Shown here piece by piece: positions 8,676 through 17,344 of a DNA stretch of 64,000 bases (position 1 is its first letter; each line of letters opens with the position of its first letter). The stretch comes from a virus (Duplodnaviria; Caudoviricetes): the IMG/VR virus record IMGVR_UViG_3300026493_000002; one strand, given 5' to 3'. Made by a program: the position numbers and the translations under genes. The notes beneath the pieces are model-generated. The model did no database searches. It was given only the letters and a program-made list of their open reading frames with translations, and had not been told where the DNA came from.

Positions 8676-10322
8676 ATGAATACCACCAACCCGTCCGCTG
8701 GCGTGTATGTGACCGAACGCGACTTGTCGGAACGTATTGCCAACGCGTCCACGACCATCGGCGCCATCGTCGGTCCCTCCCAGAAGGGTCCGGTGATGGA
8801 GCGCACGTTGGTGACTTCGGTCAAGCAGTTCGTGGAAATCTTCGGGCGCCCGACTCCGCAGACTTCGCAGATGCACTACCATGCCGCGCAGTTCCTGACC
8901 GAGTCGAGTCGTCTGTACGTCACCCGCGTGGTGGCACCCGACACGCTGACTGCTGGCGCCTACCTGAGCGTGGACGACCTGAGTTCGCCGGCGCCCATCC
9001 TCAAGCTCAACAACTTCGACGACGGCACCAACCAGCCGCTCGGCAAGTACGATCCCTTCAACACCCTGGGCTTCGATCCGGCTCAGCCGGGTATCGACCG
9101 CGTGCTGGGCTTCTTCTGCGCAGCGAACCCCGGCACCTGGAACAACGAAATCTTCATCCGCGTTCGTCCCTCGACCAAGTCGGGCGTTGCCGCACCGGAT
9201 GATCCGTACCTGTTCTACGTGGACGTCTTCCTGAACTACCGCTCGCGCCGTCAGGCACCGAACGAATCGTTCCTGGTCTGCCGCGACTTCTACGTCGATG
9301 GCTTCGGTGAACAGCTCCAGATCGAAGAGGTCATCAACCGTCAGTCGAACATCATCCGCTACCGTCCGAACGAAGCCGCCCCGATCAAGGTCAAGATCCT
9401 GAACGTGGCGACCGAGTACCTGGATGGTGCAACCAACGGCTCGCGCCCGGCTGACGGCCTGGTCGTGCAGGGTTGGGAACTGTACGTCGACCCGGAACGT
9501 GTGGACGTGAACATCCTGATCCAGGGTGGTTACGAGAGCATCAACGTGCAGCAGACGATGACGACCATCGCGGAAGATCGCATGGACGCAATCGCGGTGC
9601 TGGATGTGCCTCGTGCACAGCAGGACGTCAGCGACGCCGTGTACTTCCGTCGCAACGACCTGAACATCGACAGCAGCTACGCGGCCCTGTACGGCCCCGA
9701 CCTGCTGATCTACGACGAGTACAACGACCGTGAACTGTACGTGGCGCCGTCGGGCTACGTTGCCGCCGTGATGGCGAAGACCGACAACGTCGCCGCTACG
9801 TGGTTCGCTCCCGCGGGTCTGGAGCGTGGTCTGCTCCGCATTCGTGGCCTGCGTCACGTCTACAATCAGGGTGATCGTGATGCCCTGGTGGACGCGCAGA
9901 TCAACCCGATCCGCAGCTTCCCGAAACTGGGTTCGTATGTCGTGTGGGGTGCTGACACCCTGCAGGTCATGGCATCGGCCCTCACCAACGTCAACGTCCG
10001 TCGTCTGCTCAACTTCGTGGAGAAGTCGATCCAGATTGCGGCCATCTACAAGACGTTTGAACCGAACGATGAAATCCTGTGGTCTCGCCTGACGGAAATG
10101 TGCGAACGTTTCCTCAAGCCGATCCGTGCCGGCCGTGGTGTCTACTGGTACGACGTGGTGTGCGACGAGAGCAACAACCCGCCCTCGATCCAGGCCAACG
10201 GCGACACGATTCTGGATATCTACGTCGACCCGGTGATCCCGGCGAAGCGCATCCACCTGAACGCAACCGTGACCCGTCGCGGCGCGTCGTTCACCGCGGA
10301 AGCACTGGACACCTCGAACTAA
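8676..10322 (+). CDS. Contractile tail sheath protein (T4 gp18-like)
   Basis: N-terminal SAGVYVTERDLS, FG.P; C-terminal PSG.VA, WFAPAG..RG, INPI, VWG..TL, NVRRLL, FEPND, CDE.NN sheath motifs. Confidence 0.95.
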   Translation: MNTTNPSAGVYVTERDLSERIANASTTIGAIVGPSQKGPVMERTLVTSVKQFVEIFGRPTPQTSQMHYHAAQFLTESSRLYVTRVVAPDTLTAGAYLSVDDLSSPAPILKLNNFDDGTNQPLGKYDPFNTLGFDPAQPGIDRVLGFFCAANPGTWNNEIFIRVRPSTKSGVAAPDDPYLFYVDVFLNYRSRRQAPNESFLVCRDFYVDGFGEQLQIEEVINRQSNIIRYRPNEAAPIKVKILNVATEYLDGATNGSRPADGLVVQGWELYVDPERVDVNILIQGGYESINVQQTMTTIAEDRMDAIAVLDVPRAQQDVSDAVYFRRNDLNIDSSYAALYGPDLLIYDEYNDRELYVAPSGYVAAVMAKTDNVAATWFAPAGLERGLLRIRGLRHVYNQGDRDALVDAQINPIRSFPKLGSYVVWGADTLQVMASALTNVNVRRLLNFVEKSIQIAAIYKTFEPNDEILWSRLTEMCERFLKPIRAGRGVYWYDVVCDESNNPPSIQANGDTILDIYVDPVIPAKRIHLNATVTRRGASFTAEALDTSN

Positions 10323-10439
10323 TCGTTCGGGGTTGTCCTCCGCCTCGGGACATTCCCCATACAACAAACACCAAGCCTACAAGACAAGGACCCGAAAGGT
10401 ATCGCAAGGAAGCAACACAAATATCTAGTAGAGGCTATT

Positions 10440-11021
10440 ATGCAAGAGGATGTTAGGCAGACTGGGGAAAGCCGAGTCCCTGACGCCCAAGTTTTGCATG
10501 CCAGACAGGAAATGCTCTTTGAGTCTTTCGCTGAGGTCAAGCGTGTACTCAAGACCGTCGAGGAGACTGTTGCGATCTTTCGCGTGTTCGACATGCAGAT
10601 CAAGCAGCAGGGCCTTGACATGGATCGGCTCACCCGTGTCGTTGATGACCTGCATCAGCGGCTCAACGACATGGGACCGATGGTCGAGAAGAGCATCAAC
10701 GTCGTGCGCGCCGACCTCTCTGAGGAAATCGAAAAGGCCCAGACCACTGCCAATGAAGTAGGCAGCAAAGTGAGCAACAAGCTCTCTTGGATTCAGGGCG
10801 CAGTTGCGGCTGTTACCTTCCTTGGCGCAATCATGTACGGCTTTGGCGTATGGTGGGGAGGTCGATATGTGGACATCATTGAAAATGGTGACCGCTACAT
10901 CCACACCCTGAAAACTTTGCAGGCGGAAGAACACCTGCGAAGCTCGCTGGGCGACAAGCCCAGGATTGAGCAGCTGGAGAACCCTCCGGTTGTGACGCGG
11001 GACAACGGGCGCAGGCTTTAA
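10440..11021 (+). CDS. Coiled-coil protein with C-terminal transmembrane helix (XhlA/holin-like architecture)
   Basis: Heptad-rich N-part then WIQGAVAAVTFLGAIMYGFGVWWG. Confidence 0.55.
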   Translation: MQEDVRQTGESRVPDAQVLHARQEMLFESFAEVKRVLKTVEETVAIFRVFDMQIKQQGLDMDRLTRVVDDLHQRLNDMGPMVEKSINVVRADLSEEIEKAQTTANEVGSKVSNKLSWIQGAVAAVTFLGAIMYGFGVWWGGRYVDIIENGDRYIHTLKTLQAEEHLRSSLGDKPRIEQLENPPVVTRDNGRRL

Positions 11022-11097
11022 ACGGTTTGCGCCCGTTCACTCCTATCGTAGAAGACAAAACACCGGCCTCGAGGAGGGGCCGGAATAGGTAAACACC

Positions 11098-12291
11098 ATG
11101 ACCCTCTCCACAACGCAGAGTAGGACCTTGGACGAGAGCCGTAGAATGGCTGTGGAAACTCTCCACGACATTCGCCAGTCAGCAGCCAACATTGCCGACA
11201 CGATGAAGACCGACGTGCTTCACAACACGAAGATGCTTCGGACTGTGGCGACCCTGCTGGAAAACGGTCTCGTTCTTCTTGACAAGGATAGTAGGATCAC
11301 GGTCTTCAATCCTGCGGCCAGTTCGATTTTCGGACTGCAGGCATCGGAGGCGGTGGGCAAGACTTTCGGTCAGTTGTTCCCTTCCCTGGCACGGAAGTTC
11401 TCTGCCGACTCGGATTCGATTCAGGGCATCCATACCCTGGACGATGAAGGCCGTAGTGGAGTTGTAAACCTGTCGTTCGCTCGGATGGTCGATAGCAGCA
11501 CTGACCATTCGTTCAGCGTTTTGGTTGCAAGTAAGGAATTCAGGGGATGCCAGAACGGTGAATGCCAGGACGGCTTGCAACAGCGGCTGAAAGATGCCAA
11601 TGACCTGCACAGCCTGACCATCTGGAACTTTCCCATCCCAGCTTTCTTCTCGGATGCGGAAGGTACAACGATCAGAGGTAGCAAGGAGTTCTACGCCCTC
11701 ATGGGCCGCACGCCCAGCCAGTTGAATGGCCGGAGCGTGGAAGAACTGCTGCCCGCTGCATACCACGACTGGTACTTCAAATCGGACGACGCTGCTCCGC
11801 TGCGAATGTACCTGACGACCCCGCAAGGAGTACGTGAGTTCCTTGCGCATCGCAATCCTGTCACTGACGACACTGGCCGAAAGATCGGCTATATCACCTG
11901 CCTCGTCCAACAGGCAGTGCAGCAATCGGGTGATACCGATTTCGTACGGTCCTTCATAAAGACCATCGACGCGCTTGACACACCACTCATGCTGGTGTCC
12001 TTCGCAGAGGGGCGTGTGCTGCTTGTCAACCGTGCGTTCTGCCTGAAATACGGCTACGAGCGCCCGGATATCATCAACACCAAGGCAACTTCCATCCTGT
12101 CAGGTGGAGACTTCACTCGCCTTCGCCGGACCATGACCCACGCGCTCGCCACAGGCAAAGACAGCCTTGGCCGTTTCCGTATCAGAGACGCGCTCGGGAA
12201 TCGCATTTGGTTGACGGTAAAGGCTATCGCAATCTCCACTGGACTGGTTGAGGGTAAGCACCCGAAGTATTGCCTCCTGACGGAGTGCTAA
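11098..12291 (+). CDS. Triple PAS-domain protein lacking an output domain
   Basis: Three PAS signatures: GLVLLDKDSRITVFNPAASSIFG..EAVGK; IPAFFSDAEG...SKEF..LMG...QLNGR; PLMLVS..GRVLLVNRAFC..YGY. The ORF ends right after PAS3. Confidence 0.85.
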   Translation: MTLSTTQSRTLDESRRMAVETLHDIRQSAANIADTMKTDVLHNTKMLRTVATLLENGLVLLDKDSRITVFNPAASSIFGLQASEAVGKTFGQLFPSLARKFSADSDSIQGIHTLDDEGRSGVVNLSFARMVDSSTDHSFSVLVASKEFRGCQNGECQDGLQQRLKDANDLHSLTIWNFPIPAFFSDAEGTTIRGSKEFYALMGRTPSQLNGRSVEELLPAAYHDWYFKSDDAAPLRMYLTTPQGVREFLAHRNPVTDDTGRKIGYITCLVQQAVQQSGDTDFVRSFIKTIDALDTPLMLVSFAEGRVLLVNRAFCLKYGYERPDIINTKATSILSGGDFTRLRRTMTHALATGKDSLGRFRIRDALGNRIWLTVKAIAISTGLVEGKHPKYCLLTEC

Positions 12292-12295
12292 GTCC

Positions 12296-12835
12296 ATGAC
12301 TATCAAAGAGTCCGTCCCGTACCGGGAGGCTCAGTCGTCTATTCGTACTGGGGATATTGTCTTCATCGGTGGAGCCAAGAGCCTGTTCTCGTGGCTTATC
12401 TCCGCCGTCACTCGCTCCAGCTTCTCGCATGTTGGTATCGCGTGCTGGATGTATGACCATCAGGAAAGCGTGCCCACGTTGTTCATTGTCGAGGCCACTG
12501 CTGGCGGCCGGCGCCTTGTCACCATGGACTACTACGGTGATCGACGTCCAATGAACATCGTGGAATCGCCTGTTCACTGGGTGAAGTACCGTGCGCCGTT
12601 GCTTGAGCGCACCGGGCTGGAGAGCTACGGCTACTTCGACCTGATCGGTATTGGCATCAAGGAAATGTTCGGGATTCGCACAAAGGACTTCGACGGTCAG
12701 GTGTGTTCCGAAATGGTTGCAACCATGCTCAACGAAGGCGGCCTCGGCCTCGATACTTCAATGAGTCCTGGCCGTCTCTACACCGCACTTCTGGAACGTG
12801 GCTGCGCCGTCAAGGCGATCACCACACCCAAATAA
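12296..12835 (+). CDS. Permuted papain-like NlpC/P60 amidase (YaeF/YiiX, C92 family)
   Basis: IRTGDIVF, SSFSHVGI (His) preceding VCSEMVA (Cys), the circularly permuted order. Confidence 0.85.
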   Translation: MTIKESVPYREAQSSIRTGDIVFIGGAKSLFSWLISAVTRSSFSHVGIACWMYDHQESVPTLFIVEATAGGRRLVTMDYYGDRRPMNIVESPVHWVKYRAPLLERTGLESYGYFDLIGIGIKEMFGIRTKDFDGQVCSEMVATMLNEGGLGLDTSMSPGRLYTALLERGCAVKAITTPK

Positions 12836-12853
12836 CCTACAGGTAAGGTAGCC

Positions 12854-13186
12854 ATGTCACAACACGAAACTCCCGCAGATCCGGCCCGTGCCGCCCTTGA
12901 ACTGGCTCGCCGGCGTCAGGATCTGGAGCTCTCCGAACTGAAAGCGCAGCGCAACGTGGCCTTGGACGAGAACTGCTCGCTCCGTGCCGAGATTGCACTG
13001 CTGCGCTCTGCTGTGAGGGAAGCTCGCGCATCGAATGAGGCAAGCCAGTCGGCGTTGCAGCAGGCACGATCCAACCTGACTGCGACGATCAACGAACTCG
13101 CCGGCGTGAAGGAGGAGCTTCGTCTGGAAAGGCAGAAGCCTGCTGGCCGTAGTCGCACTCGCACTCGCCAGTCGCAGACGCCGTAA
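12854..13186 (+). CDS. Coiled-coil hypothetical protein
   Basis: Heptad A/L/E/R-rich, basic RSRTRTR tail; SD aaggt. Confidence 0.6.
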   Translation: MSQHETPADPARAALELARRRQDLELSELKAQRNVALDENCSLRAEIALLRSAVREARASNEASQSALQQARSNLTATINELAGVKEELRLERQKPAGRSRTRTRQSQTP

Positions 13187-13248
13187 CACCAAGATCCTCA
13201 CTTCCCGCACACCGCTGACGGTGGTGCGTCAATCACCGGAGCAATCCC

Positions 13249-13701
13249 ATGGCGGTCAACGTATCTTCGTTCCTGCTTCCACGCAACGGCGCACAGTGGT
13301 TCGTCCTCGAAGACATTTATGTCCGAGGCGGCTTCCGCATCGTTGCGAATCTCGAAGCGCGCGCTGCTATCCATGCCTCTTCCAAGAAGGCTCGAATGGT
13401 TGTCATCACTGCCGACGACGGCAAGGTGTGGCAGCTACAGCCTGACATGGTGACGTGGGCCGAGTTCCGCACAAAGTCCACGTACTACCCGTTCTTCACG
13501 CATGACCAGCCTGAGGCTTCGGAAAAGTGGACTGTCCAGCATAACAAGGACACCCAGTATTTCTCCTACACGCTGTTCGATGGTGAGGGTGAGCAAATCA
13601 TCCCTGGCGGTGTCCGCATTGTGGACCCCAACACCATCGAGTTCAGTTTCAGTATCCCCGTCTCCGGACATGTGACGTTGACGTTCGCGGAACTGAGCTA
13701 A
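13249..13701 (+). CDS. Putative virion fibre/decoration protein (SFLLPR N-module plus one W.V.H beta-module)
   Basis: N-terminus paralogous to the 18963 and 21204 products; C-terminus paralogous to modules in 13849, 15636 and 16256. Confidence 0.65.
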   Translation: MAVNVSSFLLPRNGAQWFVLEDIYVRGGFRIVANLEARAAIHASSKKARMVVITADDGKVWQLQPDMVTWAEFRTKSTYYPFFTHDQPEASEKWTVQHNKDTQYFSYTLFDGEGEQIIPGGVRIVDPNTIEFSFSIPVSGHVTLTFAELS

Positions 13702-13848
13702 CCCATAAGAGTCTACAATCTCCTTACACTACAGGCACGTGCTTTGTAGGTTGGCTAGCATCGTCCTGAGGTCCAACGGATTGGACAACTGACGTGACCT
13801 AGTTGGCTACTATACCCTCTTTTCTTATTGCTCTCTTTGGAGATTCAC

Positions 13849-15558
13849 ATGGACCTGCTTGGCAATCTCGTACTTCGTGGTCTTGGCTTCGTCAAGAACC
13901 TGCGCATCGAAAACCTGGCCGCGGATCCCGTAACGCCGTCGACTGGCCAGCTGTGGTACAACACCACCGATGGCGAGTTCCGCGTCTACGACGGCACCAC
14001 GGTCAAGACCATCTCCCTGGGCGGCGACAGTGCTGCGATCCAGGCCGAACTGGACGCAACCCAGGTCGGTGCTGGTCTGGGCGCTGACGGCTCGTACACC
14101 AAGTTCACCGACAGCAACTACATCAACGATGCCACGTCGCTGACCAACGCCGACAAGCTGCTCGACACGCAGTTGAAGACCACCGATGCCGACCTGCGTG
14201 CGCTGGTCATTTCGGCCGCCAGCACTGCGCAGGAGCTCAACTCGGTTGAGACCGGCGCTGGCCTGAGCAACACCGGTACCTACGTGGTCCCGACCGGCAC
14301 CAACTACCTGGATGCTTCGACCTCGCTGGCCAACGCTGACAGCCTGCTGGACACCGCAGTGAAGTCTGCGGCTGATGCAGCTGCGGCTGCTGCGACCAAG
14401 GCCGATGGCGCAGTCGAGCGCACCGGCGACACCATGGAAGGCAACCTGGCTTTCGGCGGCACCCACAAGATCACGGGTCTGGCCGATGGTACGACTGCCA
14501 CTGACGCCGTCAACAAGGGTCAGCTGGACGCTGCTCTCGCCGGTCTGGACTTCCAGCCGGACGTGTGGGGCGTGCAGACCGATGCAACCCTGGTGCCGGA
14601 AGAAACGCTGGGTCGTCGCTACATCATCACCAATGCTGCTGCCCTGAACGCGGGCTTCGGCACCATTGACGGTGTTGCGAACGGCGATATCGTGGAATAC
14701 GACGGCGCCGACTTCCAGGTCGTGTACGACGTGTCCACTGCCGGCCCGGGTGCCATCGCGTGGAATCGTGGTGACAACCAGTTCTGGTACTACGGCGCCA
14801 CGTCGTGGTCGGCCTTCGGTGGCATGTCCGGTGTTGAAGCCGGCGTGGGCTTGAAGAAGACCGGCAACGTGCTGAGCGTGGAGCTGGGTGCTGGTATCGG
14901 CCAGCTGCCGACCAACGAAGTTGGCCTGGACGTTCTGCCCGCTGGCGGCCTGTTCCTGACCGAGAACGGCACGGCTGCTTCGACCGGTACCGACGCCAAG
15001 CTGGCGCTGCTGCTCGACGGCACCACGCTGGCTCGTTCGGCGACCGGTGTCAAGATCGCTGACGCGGGTGTTGGCGCTGCCCAGATCGCTGCTGCTGCCC
15101 TGGGCAATGGTCTGGTTGGCGGCGCTGGTACCGTGCTGAGCGTCGAAGCCAAGCCGGACGGCGGCATCATCGTCGACGAGGACGGCCTGAGCATCGACCC
15201 GAGCGTCCTCGAGTTCCTGCCGCTGGCTGGCGGTGAACTGACTGGCCCGCTGCTGCTGGCTGCCGATCCGACCGACAACCTGGGCGCTGCCACCAAGCAG
15301 TACGTGGACGCCAAGGCTGCAGGCATGGGCGGCACCTTCAACTACGACGGCGTGACCAGCTCGACGACCCACGTCGTGCAGCACAACATCGGCTCCAAGT
15401 ATTGCGTCGTCACGGTCGTGGACAGCGCCGACAAGGTCATCATCCCGGACAGCATCACGTTCGACGATGAAAACAACCTGACCGTGGGCTTCGCCTCGGC
15501 CATCACCTGTAAGGTGGTCGTCGTCGGCAAGTACGTGGCGCCGGCTCCGCAGCAGTAA
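13849..15558 (+). CDS. Virion fibre/structural protein (A/G/T-rich, DAVNKGQLD and AATKQYVD fibre motifs)
   Basis: SD ggag before ATG 13849; fibre-knuckle motifs typical of phage tail fibres. Confidence 0.75.
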   Translation: MDLLGNLVLRGLGFVKNLRIENLAADPVTPSTGQLWYNTTDGEFRVYDGTTVKTISLGGDSAAIQAELDATQVGAGLGADGSYTKFTDSNYINDATSLTNADKLLDTQLKTTDADLRALVISAASTAQELNSVETGAGLSNTGTYVVPTGTNYLDASTSLANADSLLDTAVKSAADAAAAAATKADGAVERTGDTMEGNLAFGGTHKITGLADGTTATDAVNKGQLDAALAGLDFQPDVWGVQTDATLVPEETLGRRYIITNAAALNAGFGTIDGVANGDIVEYDGADFQVVYDVSTAGPGAIAWNRGDNQFWYYGATSWSAFGGMSGVEAGVGLKKTGNVLSVELGAGIGQLPTNEVGLDVLPAGGLFLTENGTAASTGTDAKLALLLDGTTLARSATGVKIADAGVGAAQIAAAALGNGLVGGAGTVLSVEAKPDGGIIVDEDGLSIDPSVLEFLPLAGGELTGPLLLAADPTDNLGAATKQYVDAKAAGMGGTFNYDGVTSSTTHVVQHNIGSKYCVVTVVDSADKVIIPDSITFDDENNLTVGFASAITCKVVVVGKYVAPAPQQ

Positions 15559-15635
15559 AAGCAATCGCGGCAGTGCGGAGGGCTGGAGCAATCTAGCCCT
15601 CCTTGATTCACGCAGATAGAATAAAGGAAACCGCG

Positions 15636-16244
15636 ATGGATATCCATGGCGCCATGAACTTCCGCGGCAACCCGGTCAGCAACTTCGCTTTCAAGATGGA
15701 GAACGATTGGCCGATTGATCCGCAACCCGGTCGCGTACTGTTCCGCGAACAGGACCGGATGCTGTACATCTGTGCGGAACTTGCTGGCGGTCTGCCGGTG
15801 TGGGTTCCGTGTGCACAGGTCAAGGACATGTATCGCCATCAGCAGGGCGATGCCGCGCTGGAGTGGACAGTCGAACACAAGCTCAACATCAACCCGGTGT
15901 TGGTGCAGGTGTACGACGCAGAGGGCAAGTGGGTGATTCCGGACGAAATCATCTGCTCCGATCCCAACCGCTCCATCGTGAAGTTCAACATCCCGACGGC
16001 TGGCACCGCAATCTGTATTCGCGGTGAAATGTTCGGTGTCACTTCCGAGAACGTGGCCTACGAGCAGGACTTCACCGAAGCCGCTGACGAATGGGTCGTG
16101 GTCCACAGTCTGGGCTACAACCCGGATATCAAGGTCTACGTCGGCGGTGTGCAGGTTCAGCCGCAGTCCATCGTTCACAACAGTACCACGCAGGCCACCG
16201 TCACCTTCTCGGAGCCGCAGTCTGGCTTCGTGCGCTGCTTCTAA
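15636..16244 (+). CDS. Putative virion protein with two W.V.H beta-modules
   Basis: SD aagga; internal duplication EWTVEHKLN.../EWVVVHSLG.... Confidence 0.65.
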   Translation: MDIHGAMNFRGNPVSNFAFKMENDWPIDPQPGRVLFREQDRMLYICAELAGGLPVWVPCAQVKDMYRHQQGDAALEWTVEHKLNINPVLVQVYDAEGKWVIPDEIICSDPNRSIVKFNIPTAGTAICIRGEMFGVTSENVAYEQDFTEAADEWVVVHSLGYNPDIKVYVGGVQVQPQSIVHNSTTQATVTFSEPQSGFVRCF

Positions 16245-16255
16245 GGAGAATGGTT

Positions 16256-16477
16256 ATGTCCGTTTTCCGCCGTAGCTCGCACACCCATGTTCAGACGGAG
16301 CCGAGTGATGAATGGACGATCACCCACGGCATGTACTGCCGCCCCGCGGTGAGCGTGACCATTGAACACGAAGGCAAGGTGCAGACTGTTCTGCCCCTCG
16401 AAGTTGAAATCGTGGACCTCCAGACGGTGATCGTGCGCTTCACCAAGCCTCAGACTGGTGAAGCCCGCTTGGGCTAA
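16256..16477 (+). CDS. Stand-alone single W.V.H beta-module protein
   Basis: SD aaggag; EWTITHGMYCRP...IVRFTKPQTG. Confidence 0.65.
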   Translation: MSVFRRSSHTHVQTEPSDEWTITHGMYCRPAVSVTIEHEGKVQTVLPLEVEIVDLQTVIVRFTKPQTGEARLG

Positions 16478-16493
16478 GCCAAAAGCGCGTCGT

Positions 16494-16530
16494 AACGGGA
16501 GGCATCCTTCACTGGGTGTCTCCCGTTTTT
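16494..16530 (+). terminator. Intrinsic terminator
   Basis: aacgggaggcatcc-ttcact-gggtgtctcccgtt then tttt. Confidence 0.75.
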
Positions 16531-16613
16531 GCTATGCGGACCATGTGTGCATAGTAATTTACCACTATCTAAACGAGCGGACTATAGCGCCGCCTCACCG
16601 AATGGGGACATTC

Positions 16614-17300
16614 ATGGAACTCCGCCTCAACCAATTCATCACGGGTGTCGAACGCATCACCGATATCCACAATCTCGATTACTCCAACGTGGTGCTGTTC
16701 AACATGCACCACCCGAAGTACGTCGAGTTGGAACCGACGCTGCAGGCCGCTGCCGAAGACGACGACAGCGAACTGATTAACTCCAACTTCCGCATGGCTG
16801 CGGGGTTTGTCGAACCGGACTATTTGAGCCTGCCGCTCAATGGCATCTGGATCAACCTCTACCCGCACAGCAACTACTACCGACAGGCCCTGCGCCTCGT
16901 TGATACCCGTCCTCCGAACGAGTCGGGTGTTGCCAACGCCATAACCAACGAAGGCTACAACGCCACCTGGGTGAAGCTCAGCCGCTACGACCAGATGTTC
17001 GAGGTCCAGCAGCAGGACACCGGCGGCAGTGCTGGTCCGAAGGGACCGGACGGCGACAAGGGCCTCGTACACAAGAACGCGTGGCTGATCGACACCGCCT
17101 ACAAGTTCGGCGATGGCGTGATGCACAACGGCAGCTACTGGGTTGCGAAGCGCGACAACACGGGTGCAGACCCGAGTGAAAGCGCAGCCGACTGGCAGCT
17201 ACTGGCGGAAGTGGGCGATGATCCCGATATCGACTACGACCGTATTCTCCGCGAGGTCAAGGAACAGCTGGGTTGGGACGACGTTCCTCCTCCGCTCTGA
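16614..17300 (+). CDS. Putative fibre/adhesin with short collagen linker and CBM5/12 (ChtBD3)-like module
   Basis: GPKGPDGDKG; WLIDTAYKFGDGVMHNGSYWVAK..N..P....WQL. Confidence 0.7.
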   Translation: MELRLNQFITGVERITDIHNLDYSNVVLFNMHHPKYVELEPTLQAAAEDDDSELINSNFRMAAGFVEPDYLSLPLNGIWINLYPHSNYYRQALRLVDTRPPNESGVANAITNEGYNATWVKLSRYDQMFEVQQQDTGGSAGPKGPDGDKGLVHKNAWLIDTAYKFGDGVMHNGSYWVAKRDNTGADPSESAADWQLLAEVGDDPDIDYDRILREVKEQLGWDDVPPPL

Positions 17301-17344
17301 TTTTCTCTCGCTCCACCCTCACTGATTCCTGACACGAGGCATAC

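Noticed and set aside
13760-13795. Hammerhead ribozyme
   Set aside because: cctgag-stem-aac lacks the required CUGANGA and GAAA core.
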